A stretch of DNA of 63,856 nt, filler included, from Salisapilia sapeloensis CBS 127946 (GCA_023334545.1; 17 parts of 17 records of this genome joined end to end with filler, not necessarily neighbours in it); one strand, 5' to 3'; counted from the whole stretch's first letter, positions 23,311-35,150 are shown. Notes: generated from the letters alone by a model not told the origin. Program-made: numbers and translations.

Positions 23311-24231
23311 ATGTCCTTCCGGTCTGCCTTTCCCTTTCCTGCTAAAGTGAACTGGTTTCCAGGGCACATGGCGCAGGCTCGACGGCAGATGCAAGCTCAG
23401 TTGGAGTCTGTGGATGTCGTTGTCGAAGTCAGAGACGCTCGACTGCCATGGAGCTCTGCGAATCCTGCTATCGATCAAGTCTTGGGCAGCACGAAGCCTC
23501 GATTGGTCGTGTTTAATAAGAGCGACTTGGCAAATCCCAATATGCAGCAACGTGTACAGACTAGACTGAAGCGGTCGAATGCAGATTGCATATTCTCGAC
23601 AGCGACCAAGCGCAAGAAGGTTCATGCGATATTGGAATGGTGCAATAAGCATAGTGACGCGCAGTTCACCAAGACAGCAGGGACCGTCGTCATGGTTGCT
23701 GGAATCCCAAATGTCGGCAAGTCGTCCATTATTAATGAATTCAGACGACTTTCACCAACGAACAAGATCTCGAAAGGCAAAGTTCGCGCAGCAGTGGGAC
23801 CCACGCCTGGCGTCACCGTCCGTACGGATACGATCAAGGTGAATGACAAGCCTGCAGTGTACGTCGTGGATACTCCAGGTGTCATGCTGCCGAATATCCC
23901 GACTGCCGAACGAGGTATGAACCTCGCGCTGACGGGTGCGATTAAGGACGACGTCATTGGCGTCGAGTTACTAGCTGACTATCTGCTCTTCAAGCTGAAT
24001 CAAATGGGATCTAAGCGATACGTGGACGTACTGAAGCTCAAGGAGCCCATTGACGACATCGAGTACGTCTTTCGTCAAGTTCGAAAGGAGAGTGGTGGCG
24101 TTGGCAAGTCAGAGGACACGCAGCGACAATTGGCGGCTGAGTATCTGCTCCAGCAGTTTCGTAGCGGAAGTTTCGGACAGTTCACGCTGGATCCAGTGCC
24201 GAATCCGGAGGAAGAGTTAGTTCTCCCATAG
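23311..24231 (+). CDS. MTG1: Mitochondrial ribosome-associated GTPase 1 (RbgA/YlqF circularly permuted GTPase)
   Basis: NWFPGHM, EVRDARLP, NKSDL (G4), GIPNVGKSS (G1), DTPG (G3). Confidence 0.93.
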   Translation: MSFRSAFPFPAKVNWFPGHMAQARRQMQAQLESVDVVVEVRDARLPWSSANPAIDQVLGSTKPRLVVFNKSDLANPNMQQRVQTRLKRSNADCIFSTATKRKKVHAILEWCNKHSDAQFTKTAGTVVMVAGIPNVGKSSIINEFRRLSPTNKISKGKVRAAVGPTPGVTVRTDTIKVNDKPAVYVVDTPGVMLPNIPTAERGMNLALTGAIKDDVIGVELLADYLLFKLNQMGSKRYVDVLKLKEPIDDIEYVFRQVRKESGGVGKSEDTQRQLAAEYLLQQFRSGSFGQFTLDPVPNPEEELVLP

Positions 24232-24372
24232 AGTAAGAAAGAGTAGATGTACGTAATAGGTACTTGGTATGGCTATTATTATCCTCCTCCCATGAAACGT
24301 GTCACTGCGCTTGAAGACACTGGAGAGTCTCCTCACTTGTTGTGACTGCCTTTTGCGGTATTTCTTACTCAC

Positions 24373-27188
24373 ATGAATTGGGCATCCGAATCGTCGAGCA
24401 CCAAGATGACCAAGGTCTTACCGAATATGACTTCCGACCAACTAGAGACTGCCATCCCAATATCTCCGCCAATTGACCAGAACGCTAGCTGCAATAGTTC
24501 TGTGAAGCAAGCTTACAACAATTCACCGACGAAGAGTCGAACGGACGAGAAATTGAACATGAAGCTTAAGTTTTTCTCCGGTCGCAGTCCCAAACGCTCG
24601 GAGGCATCGCAGTTGGAAAAGCATGAAGATGTTAGCATTTCTTTTTTCACACTCCAGTTTTCCGATACTCTCCTCGAAACTCGCTATCTTGCTACCCGAG
24701 TGGAAAAGTATGCGACTAGATTGAAATTTGGAGGTGGCTTTACGGCCTTCTTTATCCCTTTGCTACTGATCATGCGAGTCTGTCTACACGCTCGAAGTAG
24801 TAGTTCCGAGTGGGCTCAAATGCCACTAGCTGTCATCTTTCCAGGTACTCAAGTCTCATATCAATGGATGTCATCGGATACTAATAGGACTATGTAGGAA
24901 TCACGACGATGATGGGATTGCTCACCATCTTCTTTCGATCGCAACTTCAAGCGAGAATGAAAGTACTTGCTTTGGTCTGTTTAGTTGGTCAAGTATGTGC
25001 TTTATTGGATGTGACGGCGGCAGGGACGTACGTGAATGAGCGGAACATTTGGGTCCAATTCATCTTTTCCCTCGGCGTCGCTAGCTGTACAGGTCTTCCG
25101 TTCGTTGAATCAATCGCAGTGCTGTCAAGTTCAGGCTTCTTTCTTATCATCATTGCTTGGGTGTGCTACGCTATCGCTCCTGCCGGCCCTTCGGAACCTT
25201 TAAGCACACCTGGGACGATTACTGCTGCCATACTTCTCTACTCTATTCTACTTGCATTCCTTGTATGGAACTGGGAGTACGAAGAGCGAAGAGATTTCGT
25301 GCTGTCAGACCGATTGGCACAAGATAATGTCATGGTGCACATGACAATGGAAATGACTGGGTGGTTTAGTGGAGGCGTAGCCAGTACTCAAGACAACAAC
25401 AACGTTATTACTGGTGTTCTCAGTGCGAATTGCCACATAGATCCGAGCGACGTGACGGTGAATGAAGAGCTTGGTGAAGGAACTTTTGGCTGCGTGTATG
25501 CCGCAATTTGGAAAGAGACTTTGGTCGCCGTGAAAAAGATTACTTTACAAGGCGATTTGAAAGCAATCACGACTAGCTTTGGTGCTGAAGCTAGTGTAAT
25601 GGCTCAACTGCGTCATCCGAATGTAGTTATGTTCATGGGCGTGATGGTCCATCCAGACTTTGTAGGTCTCGTCATGGAGCTTTGTCCGAAAGGAAATATG
25701 TACACTGCAATTCATGCCTCTACTTACAATCTGGACTGGTCTTTATTGATGCGAATGTTACTGGACTCGGCACGTGGTATGCACTTCCTCCACACCAGCC
25801 ACCCACCGATCTTGCATCGCGACCTCAAGTCCATGAATTTGCTCATTGACTCCGACTGGCGATGTAAAGTCTCGGACTTTGGCTTGTCCAAATTGAAAGC
25901 ATTCCGAGATGAAGTTGATAACGTCGCAACAAATGGTAAACGGTCTTTCGTAGGATCAAGCGTTTGGATTGCTCCAGAAATTTTCGCGGGGGAAATGCAT
26001 ACGGAGAAAGCTGACGTCTACAGCTTTGGTGTGATCTTATTTGAAGGACTAAGCTCGAGCATGCCGTATAAAGTGATTGCCATTGATGCCGTGCCCTTCG
26101 TTGTGCAGTCGGGTAAGCGTCCAACGGACTTCCACCAGTTAGACACACCTGCAGATGAGGGATTTAAAAGCTTACATGATCTCATGGTCGCCTGCTGGAA
26201 CGGTAATAAAGACCTTCGTCCATCTTTTGCGATCGTCATATCGACGATCCAGAACGCCCTCGTGCACTATGTAGGTCAAAGCAAGTGGGACAGTCATATC
26301 ATCTATCCAGATCGAAGGTTATCAAAGAGCACTGTTGAGTCCTCTGAAGACGATGGGCTTTCAATTAAGCAAGACGACCTTCTTGTCGAGGATTCTATCG
26401 GTCGTGGCGTCTTTGGTGTTGTCTACAAAGGACTTTACTTTGGAACTCCAGTTGCCATCAAGAAGCTTCACGTGAGTGGTGTTCCACAGAACACGCTGAT
26501 CGAGTTTGATAAAGAGTGCAACATCATGAAAGGCCTTCATCATCCGAATATCGTCCTCTTCATGGGTTATTGCTCGAAGCCACCTACCTTGTTACTTGTG
26601 ACGGAACTTTTGGAAAATGGTAGTTTCTTTGACATTTACCATAAGTCATCTCCTCCTGACACGACCGCTGGGCGATTACAGCTTGTGTATAACATGGCGT
26701 TCGACATGTCCAAAGGACTCGCGTATCTTCATAACCACAATCCAAGCGTTATTCATCGCGATCTGAAGTCCCAAAACATCCTTTTGGATGACAAGATGCG
26801 GACGAAGATTGGGGACTTTGGCTTGTCCAAATTCCGAGACGTAGGCAAGACGCTATCGATTTGTGGAAGTCCTCTCTGGGTGGCGCCAGAAGTGCTTCGT
26901 GGCGAGAAGTACGGCTGTGCATGCGACGTCTACAGCTTTTCAATCATCGTGTGGGAAGCGTTGGCATGGGACGAACCGTACCCGAGCATGGGATCAAGCG
27001 ACATAATGAACGGTGTAGCAGGTGGATTTCTACGACCGAAGGTACCAGAGTTGACTCCTCATGAGCTGGCAGCTCTCTTGGAAGAATGTTGGATGAGGAA
27101 GCAGAATGAACGGCCGACATTTAATGAGATCATACCTCGTTTGGAGGCGATGATGAACGATTTCATGGTCCGTGAACACTTGAAATAG
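24373..27188 (+). CDS. Six-TM-anchored protein with two tandem TKL kinase domains; join(24373..24844,24898..27188)
   Basis: GT-AG intron 24845-24897 joins the two ORFs in frame (920 aa). Kinase 1: GEGTFG, VAVK, HRDLKSMN, DFG, APE. Kinase 2: GRGVFG, VAIK, HRDLKSQN, DFG, APE. Six hydrophobic segments precede them. Confidence 0.9.
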
Positions 27189-27257
27189 AGATAGCGAATA
27201 GAACCTCTATGGAATAAATTGACTTGTATTTTCTCGCTGTTCAGTCTACGCGTAAAG

Positions 27258-28307
27258 CTAACTTTGGCTGGAAAGGTGGACCTGAAATGCTCTGTAGTGA
27301 TGGTTGAGCGACTTGATCAAGTGTAGATGGTAGACGCTTTGTAAGGCACCGCGAACTGGATTATGTTTGAAGAAAAATACTCTTCTAGCGCGACTGTGCA
27401 CCAGTGCCATTGCACACATGATACAAGGCTCTCGGTCGAGATATATGTCGTACCCTGTGCACAGGTACGATTCTTCTTTCGTCGTTCGATGTCCATCCAC
27501 GTTCTCCGAAGCCATTTCATTCGTCTCCCATTCTCGTAGACGTTTCCCACTAGGTGTTGTATTCGACAGTCCTAAATCGCGAACTCTGTCTCGATGCGCA
27601 ACGGCATCAATGGCAATCATAATGGGATGGTATATCTCTTTTAAAGCGTACGCGTCTGAGTTGCGCCTCGAAAATGAATCGCCTACAAGACTACCTTCAC
27701 TAGCTGAATGTTGTGGATCAACTATGAGGCACCCTAAAGCGCATTTGCAGATGGAAAAAACATCCTTTTGCTCCGCATCAAGCTGCTTTCCATAGTCTAC
27801 TGCCTGCTGCATCCACCGATGAATGTGCACTGCTTCGTCCGCTTCAATTGGCTCAACATTTGGTTCTGGCTCGACACTCGCGTGAAAAACCAATGGCCAT
27901 TGCTTTGTATGCATTTCAAATAACTCTCGCGTTCTCGGTGGACGTTTTAGGACTTCCACTGTCGTGATATTCGCATCCAGTTGTGAAGCTACATCATCCT
28001 TTTGCTCCTGTGTCAAATTTACTGCGCCCATCGAACCCACTGTTGTTTTAACTAGTGCCACTAGTGTTTTTGGAGCAGTAGAATGTTTTTTCATTCGCTT
28101 TAAATGACCATATCCTTGCTCAGCCATGGTTCCAAAGCGTTGCGTCAGTAGCTTCATGGCAATCGATCCCTTCGCTGCAGGTATTTCCAATGCATAAAAT
28201 GGTATTTGTTCCTCATAATCTATATCGGAGGAAGTTCCATCGGTCTCGATTTCTTCAATCGCAGCTAATAAAGCGGTAGAAGTGTCCTCGCCATCCATCC
28301 GAGCCAT
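27258..28307 (-). CDS. ADAT3: tRNA adenosine-34 deaminase non-catalytic subunit Tad3
   Basis: HPIM in place of the catalytic HAE; YLCTGYDIYLDREPCIMCAMALVHSR; LNHHY. Confidence 0.92.
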   Translation of the reverse strand: MARMDGEDTSTALLAAIEEIETDGTSSDIDYEEQIPFYALEIPAAKGSIAMKLLTQRFGTMAEQGYGHLKRMKKHSTAPKTLVALVKTTVGSMGAVNLTQEQKDDVASQLDANITTVEVLKRPPRTRELFEMHTKQWPLVFHASVEPEPNVEPIEADEAVHIHRWMQQAVDYGKQLDAEQKDVFSICKCALGCLIVDPQHSASEGSLVGDSFSRRNSDAYALKEIYHPIMIAIDAVAHRDRVRDLGLSNTTPSGKRLREWETNEMASENVDGHRTTKEESYLCTGYDIYLDREPCIMCAMALVHSRARRVFFFKHNPVRGALQSVYHLHLIKSLNHHYRAFQVHLSSQS

Positions 28308-28429
28308 CGGTGTCGATTATTGTGTTAATTCGTGTTCTGTTTCTATTGAATGCCACCAAGTGTAGGTCCATGGACCTGCACTCTGCTATCGGGATAATGC
28401 GATGGAGATAGAGGTCAAAGCACGTTATA

Positions 28430-29534
28430 TTAATTAGTCAGGGCACGAGGTTCTAGCTCTTCCACGTCCTCATTTTCTTCGTAGGTGGGTTTGCCAGTAG
28501 ACAGTGACGGTGCTTCCGTCATTTTCTTGTATTGGAGTAGGACAGGGTACATTTTATCCACTGCTTCATGCAAGTTGGTCGTCGATCTGGCACCGCAGAT
28601 GACCATTTTACCGGACACAAAGATGAGCAGTGTCACTTTTGGTTCCATAAGTTTGTAAATGAGTCCAGGAAACAGCTCTGGTTCGTACTATGAAAAGTTA
28701 TAGCTGAGTATGAGATTTCTAGGGTCATTCAAAGATAGGCTGAGCAACGTACGCTGCAAAATCGAGGTTGGTCGTTTAGGATACCTTCGAGTCGGACGGG
28801 GAAGTGAATGTCACATGTGGCCATCATATTGCGAACCTTGAAGTCGTCAAACTTGGCTGGGAAGTTCAGTTTCTAATGCCGATGGCATGAGTCCAATGCA
28901 TCGAAATAGCAAATGTAAAGGGTATATACCTGAATGACTCGAGTAAATTTACGTCCAGCAAGACGGCACTTCTCTTCTGTATTTGCGCCAGTGATGACAA
29001 GCTAGAGATCATAGGATGGAGAGAGGTATCGCTGTCAGAACGCTATTTGGCTATATCGAACCGAAATTAGCGACATACCTTACCAGAGGAAAAGATCAAG
29101 GCTGTCGTCTTCGGATCTCTCAACCGCATAACAACTGCAGAGAATCGCTATCCCACAAACACTCGTTATGTATCCACATGCGCTTTTAGCTAGCGTATAA
29201 ACGACATACCTTGGGATTGTACTCTGCATTTCGTGCGTGCAAAGCGATTACTTTCAAATCCAATTGCGTCTTCAAGTCCACTGTTCCAACAACATTCCTA
29301 TCACCACGAGACGATCTATGTTACCCCATGTCTGTGTCTGTAGAAGCTAACATCAAAGCATTTATACATCGTTTTGATGTTCACATCCGGCTTATCAGTC
29401 CAATCCTCTTCCAATTGTATTTCCTGCTCTCCCGTCGCTTGCAGTTCGCTGCTCTCCTTATTCACAACCACCAACTGCCGGTCTCGCGCCCCACTGCCGC
29501 TACGAGGCCGCTGTCCGTGCGCTCTCGTCGCCAT
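28430..29534 (-). CDS. TBP: TATA-box-binding protein or TBP-related factor (five introns)
   Basis: Spliced translation: [29 protein letters not shown] / [23 protein letters not shown] / [24 protein letters not shown] / [30 protein letters not shown] / [34 protein letters not shown]. Confidence 0.92.
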
Positions 29535-29688
29535 CAGTCTTAAATCGTCCACTTTTTGTCGGAAGTTTGTGATAAGGATCAAATATAAGTGGCAATGTAT
29601 AACTTTTCGGAACCAAAGCAGATAAGTATTGTATCAATCCCATCTCCTGCGTCTAGACCGGTAGTTTAACTATTGTACCAGCAATTCG

Positions 29689-31527
29689 ATGAGTGAAGAA
29701 AGAGGTGGAGTACCACCAGTAGCTATGGTATCGACCGACCCGGATGAGACACAAGTGAAGTCTCGTCGAGGTAGTGGGAAACGACTGACAGATCGACAGC
29801 GAGTGGAGATCATACAATTGGCAGAGGCAGGCGAGATTGCCAAGAGACAGATTGCAAGACAGTACGGAGTTAGTGAGTCGGCCATTCGGGGATTGCTGGG
29901 TAATAAGCAGGAGATTTTACAACGTTATTATGAAGCCCCAGAGGACGTTCGAGACCAACGACAGCGAGGGAAGAAGAAGCGGATGGAAAAGGATGCAACC
30001 ATATACACACCAACCGTCCACCTACAGAATGCCAAGGTTGTGGAGAATGAAGTGAATGAGGCTATTGTGATGGAATCAGATAACGCGAATGGCCTCCCTC
30101 CGTCCGACCTGCTCTCGATCATGGACCAAATCTCCCCTCGTTTAGATCAGTTCATAAAGTCTGGACTTGACACGTCCACAAGTCAAGAAGATGCGCAACT
30201 TGCTGGTCCACCTGAATGTGTTTCTTATAGTGACTGGGAAAGCTTCGCGGATACTTTAGTCACCATCCGTCGTGCTCTTCATCAGTACCCAGAGTTAGGC
30301 TTCCAAGAGTATCATACGCAAGCATTCATCTACAATATCTGTCATAAAATCCTACACATCCCGACGACCAACATGACTGCGTTAGCAGAAACCGGACTAG
30401 TCATTGACGTTCATGCTGGCAACGCTGCTGCTGCTAGCAATAGCATTGAAAACTCGACGGTCCCGACCTTGGCTTTCCGCGCCGACATGGACGGACTGCC
30501 GATCGTCGAAGAGAACACGCGCCTGCGTCACTGTTCTCTCCATCGTCAGAAAGATGATAAGACACCGGTAGCAGCTCACATGTGTGGACACGATGGACAT
30601 ATGACCATGGTCCTCGGTCTCTGTGCACTCGTCGTTCGGCACGCGCATCTCCTTCCACCTTCCTCTTTCGTCCGGTTCTTCTTTCAGCCAGCAGAAGAGG
30701 ACCCGGGTGGAGCAGAGCCTATGATTGAACAAGGGTGCTTGGATAACGTTGATGAAGTATACGGTCTCCACAATGCTCCGTTCCCATTAGGAAGTGTGCA
30801 TGTGCAGCCAGGACCGATGATGGCGCATGAAGTCGAGTTTTGGATTGATATCACAGGCGTTGGTGGCCATGGATCCGCTCCACACAGCTGCGTCGATCCA
30901 GTTCTGACAGGCTCTGCAATCGTTCAGAACCTCCAGTCTATCGTTAGTCGATCCATCTCTCCCATTTCTACTGCCGTCGTGTCAGTCACTTGTTTCAATG
31001 CAGGCGTATCGAATAACGTGATACCGGAGACTGCCAAGTTGGGCGGTACCATTCGTGTCTTTGATCTAGCTCTTGCTGATCATATCAAGACCAAGGTGGA
31101 AAGCATTGTCAAGTCCACTTGTGAAGCGTATGGAGCAAAAGGAAATGTTCGCTTCAAGGTAGGATATGACCCAGTGCTGAATCCCGAGGAGGAGACTCGG
31201 ATGGTCCAGCAAGTGGCGAGAGAAGAGGAAGTGGAAGTGAGTGAAAAAGGGTTGCCTCTTATGGCAGCCGAAGACTTTTCATATTTCATACAGAAACGAA
31301 AAGGATGTTTCTTCCTTTTGGGTACCAAGGAAAGTGGTGATACAGACAAGGTTCGGTCCTTGCACTCGGATAGCTTTGACTTTAACGATTGTGCAACTCC
31401 TGTTGGTATTCGAATGTTCCTAGGTATCCTCCAGAAGCGAATGCAATGTCAACTGTATCATACAGGCGATATGCAAGCATTTGAACGGGCGATGCAGCAT
31501 GTAGTCATGAGCACTGCTTCGGTCTAA
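29689..31527 (+). CDS. M20D amidohydrolase with an N-terminal CENP-B/Psq-type helix-turn-helix
   Basis: One 612-aa ORF. N-terminal RLTDRQRVEIIQLAE...RQIARQYGVSESAIRGLL; M20D motifs HQYPELGFQE, FRADMDGLP, HMCGHDGH, FQPAEE, GGHGSAPH, AEDFSYF and LHS..FD. Confidence 0.9.
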   Translation: MSEERGGVPPVAMVSTDPDETQVKSRRGSGKRLTDRQRVEIIQLAEAGEIAKRQIARQYGVSESAIRGLLGNKQEILQRYYEAPEDVRDQRQRGKKKRMEKDATIYTPTVHLQNAKVVENEVNEAIVMESDNANGLPPSDLLSIMDQISPRLDQFIKSGLDTSTSQEDAQLAGPPECVSYSDWESFADTLVTIRRALHQYPELGFQEYHTQAFIYNICHKILHIPTTNMTALAETGLVIDVHAGNAAAASNSIENSTVPTLAFRADMDGLPIVEENTRLRHCSLHRQKDDKTPVAAHMCGHDGHMTMVLGLCALVVRHAHLLPPSSFVRFFFQPAEEDPGGAEPMIEQGCLDNVDEVYGLHNAPFPLGSVHVQPGPMMAHEVEFWIDITGVGGHGSAPHSCVDPVLTGSAIVQNLQSIVSRSISPISTAVVSVTCFNAGVSNNVIPETAKLGGTIRVFDLALADHIKTKVESIVKSTCEAYGAKGNVRFKVGYDPVLNPEEETRMVQQVAREEEVEVSEKGLPLMAAEDFSYFIQKRKGCFFLLGTKESGDTDKVRSLHSDSFDFNDCATPVGIRMFLGILQKRMQCQLYHTGDMQAFERAMQHVVMSTASV

Positions 31528-31615
31528 TTACAGCCAATACCAGTCGATTTTACAATATGATGCGGATTTTGATTGGTTTTTAAATTTGACACGAAAATGG
31601 ACACAACTCGTAAAA

Positions 31616-32629
31616 ATGGAGGATAGACAGGTTGAGAATGGTACAGACGAGCTAGATCGAAAGAGGAAGAGAGTTGAGGATGAGAAGAGTGCAGACGAAA
31701 CGAATCAATCATCGAAGAAGATGCAGAAGCGGTCTGACTACTTGTCGTGGGATGATTACTTTATGAGTGTGGCATTCCTCAGTGCCATGCGCTCAAAAGG
31801 TGTCTTTATAGACCTATATGGCTCTGTAGACGATAACTTAATTAGGGTATTATGTGTTGGATAGACCCGTCCACTCAAGTTGGAGCATGGTATAGCTTGA
31901 AATGATTGCTGACATGGTCAATAGTTCCTTATACTGTGATTCTTTATGACAGTATCGTGAGTCCGGAGAAGAAGATCGTTGGTATCGGTTACAATGGCTT
32001 TCCAAACGGCTGCAACGATGATGAGTTGCCATGGGCACGCTCCAGTGAGGACGCAAATCCACTTGATACCAAATATCCCGTACATCTTTCATACATGTTA
32101 ATCCTCAATATATCCACCGTCGAATATGATATCAGTATGTGTGTCATGCAGAGATGAATGCTATCTTGAACAAGAACTCCACTGATGTCAAAGGCTGCAC
32201 GGTACGCTTTCTTTCTTCATCTCACCTAAAAACTCTCTGAAGCATTTTCAACCATAGATCTATGTCGCCCTCTTTCCTTGCAACGAGTGCGCCAAGCTCA
32301 TCATCCAGGTACACAACTAGCAGTTACCGACAGCAAAACCTATTTACAGACCTCGTTGTAGAGTGGAATTGCACACGTTGTGTACTACTCGAACAAGTAT
32401 AATGACGAGTATGTTCTCCTATTTGATATTACATAACACACTCTCACCTTTCTGCTTGTGCAGTTGGAAATTTGTGGCATCTAGGAAGCTACTCGACATG
32501 GCAGGAGTACGTCCGTTATCCATTCTACCTCCCACAATCTCATGATAAGCATAGGTCACGTACACTGAGCACAAATTAAATACCTCCAGCCTCGTCATTA
32601 ACTTTGACGCGACCACATCTCAAAGCTAA
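31616..32629 (+). CDS. DCTD: dCMP deaminase (multi-exon)
   Basis: [20 protein letters not shown] / DPSTQVGA / IGYNGFP / [12 protein letters not shown] / [13 protein letters not shown] / [10 protein letters not shown]. Confidence 0.92.
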
Positions 32630-32860
32630 AATCATCAGATACATGCACCAACTAATGGTAGTGTATTATTTCTTTCCACACGGTTGGACCCTCCAATACA
32701 AGAAGGTTACAATCTCAAAAATGAAAAAGAGCAAAAATCTATTGAAAGTGTAGACACCCACTTTCAATACCAAACATCCTTGTCTCCCATCGTTTGGCTA
32801 GCTTCCAACATGTATGCGTGTGCCTTGCCACACATTGTTTCATCCGCTCGACTTATCCAC

Positions 32861-34189
32861 TTAAGCCGTAACATCTTCAGCCTGGAGCCACTCTTCCACG
32901 ACGTTTGCGTCAATCGTCGAAGCAGAGAAGTCAAAGTCATCTCCACCAACCTCAAGGACCTTGACACCGTACTCTTCGTCGATGATCGTAATGTACGTCA
33001 CAGGACTGTCGTACGGACGTTTACCGAACGTGTCGATACCTGCGTTGTTGCCTTCGTAGAAGTAGAAGTGCGTCGCAACCTTGGACGTATCCCTCTCGAT
33101 GACTTCAGCAATGTCGAGTTCACCACAGCCACCGTTCGGGCCCATGCCACGGCAGTTGCAAGCGTATTGGTTCGAGCGAACGACCTGGCCGTTGAGCATC
33201 CAGATGGCCGGGACGTTCGGGGACGCACCTTCCGGCATGTCGACCTTCGTCACGAACATCTTTTTGTTGCCACCCCAGCCAGAGTAGGCTGTGCCATCCG
33301 GGTCGTAGTAACCCTGGCAGTGGACGCCTTCGCCACACTTGTCCGCCGTCATGATGTGAACTTCAGCGCCAGTAGTTTCGTACGAAAGGAAGCCGCTTGG
33401 GTCTGTCGCAGCCTCGAGCCATCCACCGAACTGCGTCGGTGCATCAGCAAGTTCACATCCGTCTCGAGCGGCGAAACCTTCCGGAGATCCGGCACCACGG
33501 TAGTTAATGTTGTTGTTGTTGAGGAAGACCATGTTTTCGGTAGAGCCTTCCTTGTCGAAGGACGAGACCTTGGTCCACTCGCCGCTGGAGCCATCAAAGA
33601 CAGCAATGTTGTAGATGGTCATGGGGCCACGGAAGGCGACCGTCTGGTCATCGTCGAGAGGAGAGATGTTTCCACCCGTTTGGTGGTCCTCCTTGGCGCA
33701 GGTCGCGACATCCGTCACCATCTTGTACGAGCCAGGGCCACCGGCAGCGTCACCCTGGTACGAGAAGGCGCGGACAATATTACCGGCAGAGGACTGCGCA
33801 GCACCGCCGTTGGACTGAGCAGGGGCGTCCGTCGGCTCTGGCGGAGTACCGTAGCCATCCTCGGAAGGAGCAGCTCCACCGACGTCGTAGTCGTTGGAGT
33901 CTGCAGGAGCATCGTCATTCGGCTGCTCAGACGTAGCAGGCGTCGGCTCCTCTCCAGTAGCATCGCCTTCAGTGTCATCCTCTTCAGGGACTTCGGCCGG
34001 ACCATCCGTCGGAGCGTCCGTGGCAGGAGCGTCAGTCGGGGCAACCGGGGCAGGAGTGGCACTGTCAGGAGCTTCAGAAGTAGCAGGGGTTGGCTCGAAT
34101 CCAGGGTCACAGTCATCGTGAGCCACGGTGACCGAGGCCAGGATAGCGACCGAGAGGAGGGTCGCACGAACGATGGAAGAGAGCTTCAT
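32861..34189 (-). CDS. Secreted Tos1/PGA52-like (DUF2401/DUF2403) putative glucan-active cell-wall protein
   Basis: Signal peptide MKLSSIVRATLLSVAILASVTVA; Pro/Ala/Thr/Glu-rich linker; ISPLDDDQTVAFRGPM.IYNIAVF; PAIWMLNGQVVRSNQYACNCRGMG...GCGELDIAE. Confidence 0.88.
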   Translation of the reverse strand: MKLSSIVRATLLSVAILASVTVAHDDCDPGFEPTPATSEAPDSATPAPVAPTDAPATDAPTDGPAEVPEEDDTEGDATGEEPTPATSEQPNDDAPADSNDYDVGGAAPSEDGYGTPPEPTDAPAQSNGGAAQSSAGNIVRAFSYQGDAAGGPGSYKMVTDVATCAKEDHQTGGNISPLDDDQTVAFRGPMTIYNIAVFDGSSGEWTKVSSFDKEGSTENMVFLNNNNINYRGAGSPEGFAARDGCELADAPTQFGGWLEAATDPSGFLSYETTGAEVHIMTADKCGEGVHCQGYYDPDGTAYSGWGGNKKMFVTKVDMPEGASPNVPAIWMLNGQVVRSNQYACNCRGMGPNGGCGELDIAEVIERDTSKVATHFYFYEGNNAGIDTFGKRPYDSPVTYITIIDEEYGVKVLEVGGDDFDFSASTIDANVVEEWLQAEDVTA

Positions 34190-35150
34190 TGTAGCTTGCA
34201 AAGTCTTCTACGGTGTGCTTGACGGTGCAAAAGGAGGAGTGGCAGGCGTTGCTGCTTCTCATTGCGCGTAACAACGGCACGACAGAGTACCTGCTGTCAA
34301 TAGTCATCTGCCGGTAGATCCTATTCCCAGTATGCCGCCTCGTACCGATTCGTACTCGCGTCACAATCGAACGATTGGGGTTCGATCCTCTTGCGAATGC
34401 GAAATAGAATTCTCATGATTTTTATCCGGCATTCACAAGCGGAGTAAATACCCATGCTCGCCAATAGTGTTGGGTGGAAGTCGAACGGATACGAGTTGAA
34501 TCGAGATTAATCCTGTGACATCTATCAGAAGTCCATCACCTGGGGGGACCAACGCAAGTCATTTGAAATGAAACGGCTTTCCAAGATGAAAGACATTCTT
34601 TACGGTGCAAAGCTCGATTGACGAAGTGCATGCCGTGGAGTCAACATGACGTGCAGACGCGATTCTTGAAGTTTGTGAGCATTTTGGGTGCGTTTGGACA
34701 GTAGCGATATGCGCCTACCGCAACACGAGCTTTATACGTTCTTTCGCGTCGATTTGACCAATTCGGTTTCCATTCAATCATGATGATCAAGACGAAAAGG
34801 TAGAAAGACGGCTCTTCATCGCGATGAACCGATGTCAAATTCATTCAAAGTAACGAGACCAGATTTCAAGGTGTGGTGCAATGTAGTATACATAGTGAAC
34901 AATAGCCGAATGCCAAACAATCGTGTTGATACTTCGCTACCAGCAAGCATCTAACGAAACAAGCTTTGATCTATATGCTGGTATCGACTGGAAATCCGAT
35001 CAGACGGCGTAGCTCATCTGAGGCGTATCGCACTACCCAATGCCAGCCGGGTCGACCTTGACTGGCTTTCGGATGCACCTCACTTGGCAGCTACAGGAGG
35101 CTCCATTCCTGCATGAGAATGCATCGTGGACCGGTCTTACCACCGTCTCC

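Noticed and set aside
32684-34222. 512-aa plus-strand ORF antisense to the Tos1-like gene
   Set aside because: Shadow ORF of a codon-biased gene; no motifs or signal, while the minus-strand product is a recognisable family.
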